Shown here: in pieces, positions 56,127-64,000 of the stretch
Layout of the letters: each line of letters starts with the position of its first letter
How positions within the stretch are numbered: the first letter of the stretch is position 1
Source: a virus
IMG/VR virus record: IMGVR_UViG_3300022745_000628
Location: 96,001 to 160,000 of that record
Length of the DNA: 64,000 bases
Direction: 5' to 3' (one strand)
The notes under the pieces: generated by a model
What the model saw: the letters and a program-made list of their open reading frames with translations, nothing else
The model's database searches: none
What the model was told of the DNA's origin: nothing
Program-made: the position numbers and the translations under genes

Positions 56127-57185
56127 GTGGAAACTAACGAGCAATCTATAGCGGATGCGTTACAGTTGTTTGCAGCCAGGCCGGGGTGTCAGTCGTACGC
56201 TAGCGTGAAAAAGCAGGTAGCTTTGCTAACTGACTATTTATGGCTAAGAAACTTATCACCTACGCTGACATTCGAAGTATTTCTCGATTGTTATGCCAAA
56301 GTAGCCGACTTTGACGAGGCCAACTTAAAGCATCCAAAAGATGCAGTTAAAGTATTGTTGCCAAGTAAAAGCGAGGCAGGCGAGACGTACAACCAGCAAG
56401 ATGTAGTTACTTTGCTAAGTACGTACGTCGATATGGTGCGCAGTGCGGAATTGGCAAATACGCCGGTGCCTGTGACTTTAGCGCAGTTCCTGCAAACGCC
56501 TGCAATACTCCAGGCGTTTAGGAACGGAGATTTTGACACTGTAAAGCAGCCAGTAAACAAGAAAAGTAAAAAACCGGCGCCAGCCGTTAACAACATACCT
56601 ACGTCGGAAGGCGAGCGGTGCATTTTTACCGCCGAAGAAGCGCGAGAACACCGCGGGACACTTTTGTATGCGGACATTAGCTCAAACAGTGCGGTCGTAC
56701 AGGCTGATTCTGGAGAAGTGCACTCTAACGTCATGCTGACAGCGCTTCGGAAGTGTAATGATCCGGTGCGAAAAGGATATACCGACGATCACGGCGTCCC
56801 ACTGCCAATAGGCGGAAAAGGGCGTAAGTTTATACCTAAACCAGAATACGAACGCATTCTGCAGCTGCAGGCACTTAAGATTGCTGTAGGCGTCACTCCG
56901 ATAGGCAGTCCGTTGTATTCGTACGAAATACTGTTTCCAGAGAAAGAAGCAAAAGCGCTAATTGAGGTAATCAACGACGCGCCGCTTTATGTGGACGCCA
57001 GGTTGACGTCGATACATAACAATGATGAAGTGTATTTTGAAGTAGAACCGCGGCAGAATTTACTAGGCGACTATGAATTTGTGCACATGTCGGAAGTCTA
57101 CTCGGTACGCTTGCTAAGTCCGGCGGCCGATGACCCAGAACAGTTACCGACTACGCCTGTGCAGTTCTCAGTTCCGACAGCTTAA
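56127..57185 (+). CDS. hypothetical protein
   Basis: 352 aa, GTG start 1 nt after the upstream stop. Confidence 0.75.
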   Translation: METNEQSIADALQLFAARPGCQSYASVKKQVALLTDYLWLRNLSPTLTFEVFLDCYAKVADFDEANLKHPKDAVKVLLPSKSEAGETYNQQDVVTLLSTYVDMVRSAELANTPVPVTLAQFLQTPAILQAFRNGDFDTVKQPVNKKSKKPAPAVNNIPTSEGERCIFTAEEAREHRGTLLYADISSNSAVVQADSGEVHSNVMLTALRKCNDPVRKGYTDDHGVPLPIGGKGRKFIPKPEYERILQLQALKIAVGVTPIGSPLYSYEILFPEKEAKALIEVINDAPLYVDARLTSIHNNDEVYFEVEPRQNLLGDYEFVHMSEVYSVRLLSPAADDPEQLPTTPVQFSVPTA

Positions 57186-57204
57186 AAAATAACGTTAATA
57201 TGCC

Positions 57205-57232
57205 TTGACGCTATAGAAGCAAGTAGTATTCT
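57205..57232 (+). promoter_or_regulatory. sigma-70-like promoter
   Basis: TTGACG-N16-TATTCT in an AT-rich intergenic stretch. Confidence 0.55.
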
Positions 57233-57267
57233 GACAGTACTAGGCTCTCTGTGGCAAGAGACTATCG

Positions 57268-57301
57268 GCTAGCGCGGTGCCCCACTGCGCTAGCTTTTTT
57301 T
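57268..57301 (+). terminator. intrinsic terminator upstream of the SbcD-like gene
   Basis: GCTAGCGCGGT-gcccc-ACTGCGCTAGC-TTTTTTT: 11-bp stem with one G-U, followed by 7 T. Confidence 0.85.
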
Positions 57302-57311
57302 ATGGAGAGTT

Positions 57312-58433
57312 ATGAAGAAAATTGCATATGTAGCCGCAGATTTGCATTTGCGGCCGACGGTTTGGGCTCATCATCCGACAATGCGCGGAGATACATACGA
57401 TAGTTTCAAGCAAGTTATTCAGATCGTGCTGAACGATCCGGATAAGTTACCGCTTGTGCTGTTAGGCGACATATTCGATAAAAGTCGTCCAGATTCGGAA
57501 TCCGTACAGGTTTATTTAAGTGGTGCGGAACAGCTACACGCTGCAAACATACCGCTGTACTATATTCAAGGTAATCACGATTTAGCCGATCCTGCCTGGC
57601 CTGCGTTAGCGTCAAACGCTATTTCTTTGCATAACAATTGTGTAACGATTAATGGCAAACGATTTGTCGGGCTGGACTATCAACGCGCTGATCAACTCGA
57701 GACGGCTGTTCAAAACCTAGACCAGTTCAGGCCGTTTGACTATGTATGTGTGCATCAAGCCTGGCAAGAATTGCAAGGCGTTGGCAGCACACACGGTGCC
57801 GTAACAATGTTTAAGTCTGGTGATACGGTGCTCAGTGGCGATTTACATATTCGCATGACGCGTGCAATTAACAATGTGGTTGCGCATTCTCCCGGTTCTA
57901 CGAGTATGCAGTCGATTACCGAAGCGCGAGATAAGTTCGTAACGCTGCTGTGTGATTCGACGGATCCAGATATCCAATTTAGCAGCGTGCCATTAAAAAC
58001 AAGAGGCTTGCTGCAACAGACAATACTTACGGTTAGCGGGTTAGCCACGACTATTCAGCAAATCAAAGCGTTTGCTAAATCGGCCGGGCCAAATAAACCG
58101 CTGGTACACGTGAAATATTCTCCGAACGTCACGGATGCGTTTTCAAAGCTAACCGGAGAGTGTGGCGAGCTCGCCTACTTGTTTTTAAATCAATTAGCAG
58201 ATATCGACGGCAATAAAATTGTAAACATAGATCCGACATCCGCGGACTTGACTGTAAATTTGCGAACAGCCGTGACACTGCTGGCGCAAAACCATTCTGA
58301 ATTTGAAGCCGTTATAGCAGCTAGTCTGTTAGACGCCACTAACGTAGTCACTACCATTGAAAAATTGAAAGAGGATTTTCATGCACTTGCGAAAGCTGGC
58401 TCTGCAAAACTACTGCAACCACAAAAAACGTGA
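57312..58433 (+). CDS. SbcD/Mre11-like (T4 gp47-like) metallophosphoesterase nuclease
   Basis: ADLHL, LLGDIFD, IQGNHD, CVHQ, SGDLHI, SPGS motifs. Confidence 0.92.
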   Translation: MKKIAYVAADLHLRPTVWAHHPTMRGDTYDSFKQVIQIVLNDPDKLPLVLLGDIFDKSRPDSESVQVYLSGAEQLHAANIPLYYIQGNHDLADPAWPALASNAISLHNNCVTINGKRFVGLDYQRADQLETAVQNLDQFRPFDYVCVHQAWQELQGVGSTHGAVTMFKSGDTVLSGDLHIRMTRAINNVVAHSPGSTSMQSITEARDKFVTLLCDSTDPDIQFSSVPLKTRGLLQQTILTVSGLATTIQQIKAFAKSAGPNKPLVHVKYSPNVTDAFSKLTGECGELAYLFLNQLADIDGNKIVNIDPTSADLTVNLRTAVTLLAQNHSEFEAVIAASLLDATNVVTTIEKLKEDFHALAKAGSAKLLQPQKT

Positions 58434-60501
58434 AATCACGTTTGAACGCGGACTAACCGCGATTACAGGGCGTAACGGGTCTGGTAAGTCCAATGTGATG
58501 GACGGTGTGAGATTGGCGCTTACCGGTAAAAGCGCTAACTATGGTAAAAAGTCCGACAACATATGTTGCCTGGCTGGTAAAAAAGAACAAGCGTACGTCG
58601 AACTAGAATTTGAGCACGCTGGCACGAATGCGGTAGTCCGACGCTGGCTTCGCCCAGCACAGCCAGCAACGTTGCAACTAGCTGACGGGTCTTCGTATGT
58701 CGGAGATAACGAGGTGAGTAGAATTCTCGCCGAGTTCGTAGGCGTCGATGATGCAACTATGAATACTGTAGTTTTAGTGGCTCAGCGAGACTTGTTTGGT
58801 TTTATAGATCAGACACCTGCGGTGCGTGCTAAACATTTTCAAGATCTGTTCAAGACAGAGCAGGCCGAGCGTATTTATACAGCGGTAAATAAATACATCA
58901 ACGGTTTTAAAGTTACAGATTGGCAAAGTCTATTTGATTCAGCGTTCGCGCAGTGCTTAGCGGCGCAGCAAACGGCAGCTGAAATTAAGAGACTGAATCC
59001 GACTGTTGCTGTAGAAGCTAATCCGTTTGGCGAAATGCTAGAACAACAGCGTAACCTGTTACATATAGTTCAGCAGAAAAACAACTTGTCGCGTACGATA
59101 CAGGATAAGTCTGTTAGTTTAGGCGAGCAGACGGCATTGCTGGTTACGTTAACTGAACAGCGTGCGAAGTTGCTAGCCGAGTATCAGGTGTTAAATAAAT
59201 CGGTTACGGATTTAAGTACACAGCGTGACGAAGCGTTACAACTTGTCGCTGTTGCAGAAGCTACTAAAAAAGCAAACGCGCAGTATCTTGCGCAAGAAGC
59301 TAAGGTACAAGCTTGTTTAGCGCTTCTGCAAGATAAAATGCCTGTGGCTATGCTTGAAGAACAGGTGGAAAGTCGAGAAATTGTAATTGGAGTGCGAGAT
59401 AGGGAATTAGCAGATCTTATATCTCGTCACGGCACATTGCAGCAATTTCTGCAGAACAGTGTATGCCCGACATGTGGCACTGTTAAAGACAGTACGCCAG
59501 AGCAGTTGGCTGCGAAGCAACAAGAAGCTGGGCGGTTAGCTACTGAAATAGCTGAGTTGCAGCGCATACATACCGAAGATAAGGCGGTATTAGCCAAGAC
59601 AAAGTTGGAGCGCAACTGGTTAAAAGAATACACCGCTAACTATCAGAATACTCGAGCCGTATTAGAGGGTATGGCGCCTCCGCAGCCGGTGGCGGATACC
59701 GCAGCAGCGGAAGCTGTGGCAAATGCTTATGCTGCTGACAAAGCTAAGTTAGCTGCAGTAGTAGCAGCGGGTACAAGTGTAGGAGCCAGTATTGCCGCTA
59801 CAAACGCCACTATCAAAGGTCTAAATGAGAGCGTTGCAGAAGCACAGGCAGCGACGCAGCAGCTTCCAGAGGTGGCATTTACGGCCACAGAGCTCGAGGC
59901 TAAGATAGCAGAGCTTCGCCAGCAATCGGAACAATGGACAACGTTTCGGGCGAATTACGTATACGCACTTCGCCAAATGGAGCAAAAGCAGGCTGAAGTG
60001 GCCGAGTATCAAAAGAAAATAGCCGATAGCAAACTGGACACTAAATGGCTGGAGAGCCTAACGACCGTTAGCGATATTTTTCATCGAGATGCGGCACCTA
60101 AATACGTCGCATTGCAAAACATGCAAATCGTGGAACGCGAGATTAACAAGTTTTTGGAATTGTTCGACACGGAGTATCGTGTGGCTGCGGACGAAAACCT
60201 ATCCTTCGTCGCTAGATTTTTAGACGGGCGAGAGCAGTTAGTAGAGCGGTTATCAGGCGGGCAAGCTGCCATAGTAGCGCTAGCTTTTCGATTATCGGTA
60301 AACACATTGTTTGCTGGATCGTTGGGCTGTTTATTTTTGGACGAGCCCACGGCGTATCAAGACGAACACCACATCCGAGGGTTTGGACCAGTAATTTCCA
60401 AGTTGAAGGAATATTCTGCCAACAGAGGTTTACAATGTATTATCGTTACGCATGAGAAAGACCTTGCACCGCTGTTTGATCAGACGGTAGATCTTGGATA
60501 G
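58381..60501 (+). CDS. SbcC/Rad50-like (T4 gp46-like) SMC ATPase
   Basis: Walker A ITGRNGSGKSN, coiled coils, Zn-hook CPTCG, signature LSGGQ, Walker B FLDEP, H-loop VTHE. Confidence 0.93.
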   Translation: MHLRKLALQNYCNHKKREITFERGLTAITGRNGSGKSNVMDGVRLALTGKSANYGKKSDNICCLAGKKEQAYVELEFEHAGTNAVVRRWLRPAQPATLQLADGSSYVGDNEVSRILAEFVGVDDATMNTVVLVAQRDLFGFIDQTPAVRAKHFQDLFKTEQAERIYTAVNKYINGFKVTDWQSLFDSAFAQCLAAQQTAAEIKRLNPTVAVEANPFGEMLEQQRNLLHIVQQKNNLSRTIQDKSVSLGEQTALLVTLTEQRAKLLAEYQVLNKSVTDLSTQRDEALQLVAVAEATKKANAQYLAQEAKVQACLALLQDKMPVAMLEEQVESREIVIGVRDRELADLISRHGTLQQFLQNSVCPTCGTVKDSTPEQLAAKQQEAGRLATEIAELQRIHTEDKAVLAKTKLERNWLKEYTANYQNTRAVLEGMAPPQPVADTAAAEAVANAYAADKAKLAAVVAAGTSVGASIAATNATIKGLNESVAEAQAATQQLPEVAFTATELEAKIAELRQQSEQWTTFRANYVYALRQMEQKQAEVAEYQKKIADSKLDTKWLESLTTVSDIFHRDAAPKYVALQNMQIVEREINKFLELFDTEYRVAADENLSFVARFLDGREQLVERLSGGQAAIVALAFRLSVNTLFAGSLGCLFLDEPTAYQDEHHIRGFGPVISKLKEYSANRGLQCIIVTHEKDLAPLFDQTVDLG

Positions 60502-60506
60502 GTAGA

Positions 60507-61457
60507 ATGGCGATCAACGAATGCGCAATGTTTTTGGGCAGCATCAAGCCGCGGCATTACGACATTGTGTTTACAAACAAAACAGGTGAAATGGCGCAAA
60601 AAGCAATAGCGTGCGCCAAACTACACCAGTTTTTGGATGATCTGGCTCCTAAGCGCATACGCATGGCGGTGCGAGGAGAGGGAGCTGTTTTCGCATGTAG
60701 TGTCTACGATTGGGCAAGCAAAGCGGAATCGTCGGATTTAGACGGGCCAGCGCGTTGCGAAGTATTTTCGCTTGAGCCTCAGATGTTGGTCTGGTCTGAG
60801 GACGCTAAACACCCGAGTCACTATCGCACATGGACAGCATTAAATAAATGTAGTGCGCCCGGGTCTTTAGGCGGGCCGCATAAGATGACTTATCGAGATT
60901 ACTTGAATATGCAGGTGTTCTCTGGCGATGTTAGCGCTATTAAGTCAGGTTCGTACGACAATTTGTTAGCCAAAGCACATTTTTTATCGCCAAGATTAAA
61001 TTTCAAAGTTTTAACAATAGTTATGCACATTCTCGGAAGTCCGCGCTGGTGGGCAATGATGGACAACGTGACTGGCGGGTACAAAGCAAATATGGTGCTT
61101 GGTATTACGGAAGAAGCTTGGCCCACAATGCCGAAGAATACTGCAATGCGATATAAACATGCACGCGAAGCGTTTAACCAAGCTTTGCGAGAAGGTGTAT
61201 CTGAGGACAACAGCCAGGCTGCCGACGTTTTAGAATCGTTTGGCTGGGCGCGCGGTGCAAAAGTACCGCCTCCGCAAGCCTTAGAGTTGTTTGTAAATTA
61301 CTTTATGGCTGCCTGGCTCGAATGGTCAGAAGCGTCGCTAACTTCCGATAAAATAGACAGGCAATTTTTAATACCAGAGCACTACATGCCAAAGCAGTAC
61401 GTTGCAGCTTACAAAGAGAGATTCAGTGGCTACCGTAATAATAAAACGCCTGAATAA
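60507..61457 (+). CDS. hypothetical protein in the recombination module
   Basis: 316-aa ORF between the SbcC-like and helicase genes. Confidence 0.75.
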   Translation: MAINECAMFLGSIKPRHYDIVFTNKTGEMAQKAIACAKLHQFLDDLAPKRIRMAVRGEGAVFACSVYDWASKAESSDLDGPARCEVFSLEPQMLVWSEDAKHPSHYRTWTALNKCSAPGSLGGPHKMTYRDYLNMQVFSGDVSAIKSGSYDNLLAKAHFLSPRLNFKVLTIVMHILGSPRWWAMMDNVTGGYKANMVLGITEEAWPTMPKNTAMRYKHAREAFNQALREGVSEDNSQAADVLESFGWARGAKVPPPQALELFVNYFMAAWLEWSEASLTSDKIDRQFLIPEHYMPKQYVAAYKERFSGYRNNKTPE

Positions 61458-62964
61458 TTTGATTCAGTTGAGCATCGAGGGAGATTTGCCGCTGCCAGAA
61501 AACTTGGTGGCGTTGCTACATCCGCATCTTTCGTATGAAAAGAAAGAATTCCTACGCGGACAGGACACGCAGTTGCTGCCGAATATGGAATTTCCAATTG
61601 TGCGCAGAAATACGCGAGGACGCATGCGGTTTACACCGGTGTCTATGTATGAGCTGCGAAGCGGCGCACTTATTACAGGCTACGGAATGCTAACAAAGAT
61701 AGTTAGTGTTCTTGATAAAGCCGGAATCGGATCCAGATACGTAGACCTTACGCCGCCACACGAGGATCCAACGATATTCGAACCGGATTGGGCTAATCTT
61801 GCTAAGAAAGTACCAACGTTACGCCCTAAACAGCTCGAGTGTTTACAACGCTTGGCCGGAACAGACTGCGGGATAATTGCAGCTGCGCCTGGGTTTGGTA
61901 AAAGTTTTATGGTTGAAGCCATATGCCATTTGTATCCCAGAGCCCGGATACATTATGTCGTGCCTCAGAAAGACGTTGCTCAAAAAGTAGCGGCTGTTTT
62001 AACCGGCAAGTTTCCAAATGTTGGCGTGTACGGCGGAGGCAGCCATAAACCAGGAGAGCGTATCACGGTGTTTACGTCTGGAAGTGTGCATCATTCCGAC
62101 GGAGCCGCCGATATCTTGCTGTGTGACGAAGTCCACGACATGATGACCGATAAAATGATTGAGAAAATCACGGCTACATGGCGAACAACTCGCAATTACG
62201 GGTTTACGGCCACACCTAAAGGAAGAATGGACGGAGCGGACGCGCAATTAGAATTGTATTTCGGACCGCAGATCTTTTATTTGTCTTATCAAGAGGCGTG
62301 CGAGTTAGGTTTAGTAGTGCCTATCGTAGTACGTTGGTTGCCGATAAACATGGATATCAATCCGTGCGCTGGTAAAGAAGACGTGCGCAAAATGCGGTTA
62401 GGAATTTGGCGAAATGAGGCACGTAATCGGGCTATAGCCCAGGATATACGCAATAACTACCCCGATCCGGATACGCAGGTGCTGGTGTTATGTGCGACAG
62501 TAGAGCACGCTATTCATCTGTGGCAGTTTCTACCAGAGTTTAAGATGTGTTTTTCAGATCAAGACATGGGAAACATAGAGTGGTATCAAAAAACGCACAT
62601 GTTGCCGCACAACTTTGAAATTGTGACTGGCAAAATACGGGAGCGAATGCGTACGGAGTTCGCAGCTGGCACATTAAAGCGTGTGATAGCTACAGACGTA
62701 TGGACAACTGGTGTGGACTTTTCAAGTCTTCAAGTGTTGTATCGAGTAGACGCGCGCAGCTCTCAAATTAAAGATGTGCAAGCGCCAGGTCGGGTTAGTC
62801 GTATCAGTCCGGACACTGGTAAGCAGTTTGGAGAAGTGATCGACTGCTGGGACCGGTTCGATCCCACCTTCCTGCGCAAATCGGAAGGTAGACGCCGTAC
62901 TTACAAGAGTTTAGGCTGGAAACAAACGACCATATCGCCCGACGGCCAACTCACGTTGTTTTAA
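61402..62964 (+). CDS. superfamily 2 DNA helicase (UvsW/Rad25-like)
   Basis: Q-motif LRPKQ, Walker A AAPGFGKS, LCDEVH, motif III FTATP, motif V TTGVDFSSL, motif VI QAPGRVSR. Confidence 0.9.
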   Translation: MQLTKRDSVATVIIKRLNNLIQLSIEGDLPLPENLVALLHPHLSYEKKEFLRGQDTQLLPNMEFPIVRRNTRGRMRFTPVSMYELRSGALITGYGMLTKIVSVLDKAGIGSRYVDLTPPHEDPTIFEPDWANLAKKVPTLRPKQLECLQRLAGTDCGIIAAAPGFGKSFMVEAICHLYPRARIHYVVPQKDVAQKVAAVLTGKFPNVGVYGGGSHKPGERITVFTSGSVHHSDGAADILLCDEVHDMMTDKMIEKITATWRTTRNYGFTATPKGRMDGADAQLELYFGPQIFYLSYQEACELGLVVPIVVRWLPINMDINPCAGKEDVRKMRLGIWRNEARNRAIAQDIRNNYPDPDTQVLVLCATVEHAIHLWQFLPEFKMCFSDQDMGNIEWYQKTHMLPHNFEIVTGKIRERMRTEFAAGTLKRVIATDVWTTGVDFSSLQVLYRVDARSSQIKDVQAPGRVSRISPDTGKQFGEVIDCWDRFDPTFLRKSEGRRRTYKSLGWKQTTISPDGQLTLF

Positions 62965-63023
62965 TCTGCGTACCAAGTACAATAATAGTCTGCTTTGCAT
63001 CCCATATTTCACGGTAACCCATC

Positions 63024-63743
63024 ATGCGCGATAGGCATCTACGTTTAAATGACGATACGCCGTGTATGCCAATACAGCCGGTTATCCCTGATAAGCTGAG
63101 CGAATCAGTTGAACTAGTGCAAGCTGGTCAAAATATCCGGGCAATTTATTTCGGACTGTACCGGATGTATTCTGGCAATCAGAACATGGGCTCTACGCAC
63201 ATACCTAGTCTAGACGGCGGGTATAGCGCGCGCAGCTCTAGAAACTATTCGAAAGCCATTTGGCCTAGCATAGCGCAGAAGTTGCTGGAAGTCGGCTGCA
63301 ATCCGTTTGCGTTTATTAAAGTGCAATTTGATAAAGCCACTCCTGGTAGGTGGCCTTACGCAACTTATTTAAAGTCCGCAGCCGCAATGGCTAATTGGCG
63401 GCAATACTCAGAGCAGCATTTCGCGGAATTGCGAATGAAACTCGTATCTGAGTTTAATGTGTTAAAAAGCGACTATTTGCTTATTGGTGCGGCGTCTAAC
63501 TTGAATACAGAGCAGGCGGTGCATTACGCGTTAAATGCTGCGGCAACTAAAGTAACGCCGCTAGTCAAATACATTTTTGTCAGCGAGCGCGGGCTTGATC
63601 CAAAGGCATTTGGACTTACGCGCGACGCAGCGCAACAGTACGCTTTTGAATCTAAAAAGTACGACGAGCTACTTAATGGCCGTATTCCTGCTACATTACG
63701 GTCGGAAGCCACAGCGTTAAAGAATTTGATTAAGGGGGCGTAG
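63024..63743 (+). CDS. hypothetical protein
   Basis: 239-aa ORF between the SF2 helicase and the next gene. Confidence 0.75.
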   Translation: MRDRHLRLNDDTPCMPIQPVIPDKLSESVELVQAGQNIRAIYFGLYRMYSGNQNMGSTHIPSLDGGYSARSSRNYSKAIWPSIAQKLLEVGCNPFAFIKVQFDKATPGRWPYATYLKSAAAMANWRQYSEQHFAELRMKLVSEFNVLKSDYLLIGAASNLNTEQAVHYALNAAATKVTPLVKYIFVSERGLDPKAFGLTRDAAQQYAFESKKYDELLNGRIPATLRSEATALKNLIKGA

Positions 63744-63752
63744 TACACACAC

Positions 63753-64000
63753 ATGTTTAAAAATGGGGCACGGCCAGCCACGGCCGGCACTTCTAGACCT
63801 GAAGTGTCTCCGTCGGCAATTGAATTGATTTTGATACTGTGCGCGACTAACGAAGCATTGTTTAACGATGTAGCCAGGCTTATCGAGCCTGATGATCTAT
63901 ATAAAGAAGAAGAAACAGCGCTAAAAGCTGTGTGGGCTGGAATGTTGCAGTCTAAAGAGCTAGTGAGCGGCCTCAGTTTTGAATCGGTGTGTTACTACAC
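63753..64000 (+). CDS. 5' part of a probable DnaB-like replicative helicase (truncated by the window edge)
   Basis: MFKNGARP...SAIELILILCATNEALFNDVARLIEPDDLYKEEE resembles the DnaB N-domain (E..IL..L.......V...L.P.DFY); open to the window end; GGGGG SD-like run upstream. Confidence 0.45.
   Translation, partial: MFKNGARPATAGTSRPEVSPSAIELILILCATNEALFNDVARLIEPDDLYKEEETALKAVWAGMLQSKELVSGLSFESVCYY

Noticed and set aside
60990-61130. Faint IS110-transposase-like HhH motif (HILGSPRWW...MVLGIT) in ORF 60507-61457
   Set aside because: Too degenerate; no DEDD RuvC-like N-domain, element ends or target features were recognised, so it is not called as a mobile element.
183-63790. Numerous 60-200 aa antisense or alternate-frame ORFs in the ORF track (for example 183-788, 19471-20013, 9930-10352)
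   Set aside because: They lie within longer, motif-bearing genes, have no recognisable motifs or RBS, and look like shadow ORFs.
1-64000. Stop-codon reassignment, inteins, tRNA genes
   Set aside because: Genes are full-length under code 11 with TAA, TAG and TGA all used as stops; terminase, helicase and SbcC have ordinary lengths without intein motifs; no tRNA T-loop/cloverleaf was found by eye (tRNAscan-SE not run).

Overview
The window is a 64 kb segment of a large, contractile-tailed (myovirus-type) dsDNA phage genome. It is densely coding, almost entirely on the + strand, and read with standard code 11. (1) 1-41.1 kb is a virion module: a repetitive 1578-aa tail fibre, a LamG-like protein, neck/completion candidates, a 945-aa tail sheath, the tail tube, a gp5/VgrG-like spike, a tail-assembly-chaperone pair with a -1 slippery site, a 1122-aa tape measure and baseplate genes. 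A sigma-70-family sigma factor sits among the baseplate genes, and the module ends with five tandem Cys-rich paralogues and two tandem glycosyltransferases. (2) 41.3-48.0 kb is an accessory module: Ycf46-like AAA+ ATPase, DUF1257, DUF2997, a DUF3150-like protein, a Gp88-like protein and CsrA. (3) 48-53.8 kb holds a GpA-type terminase large subunit (- strand), a Zn-finger protein, membrane proteins and an RNase HI-like gene. (4) 53.8-54.7 kb is the only long non-coding stretch. It contains AATGT repeats, abutting G-U-containing stem-loops and three perfect 20-24 bp inverted repeats in a crossed A-B-C-A'-B'-C' order. It is followed by a gene resembling a degenerate rolling-circle Rep. (5) 57.3-64 kb is a recombination/replication module (SbcD/Mre11, SbcC/Rad50, UvsW-like SF2 helicase, probable start of a DnaB-like helicase). 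The most unusual signals are the crossed-repeat, origin-like locus flanked by RNase H and the Rep-like gene, and CsrA-consensus hairpins at the translation-initiation regions of the sheath and tube genes of a phage that encodes its own CsrA. All family assignments come from motif recognition by eye; no database searches were run. No tRNA, rRNA, CRISPR array, integrase or reverse transcriptase was recognised.
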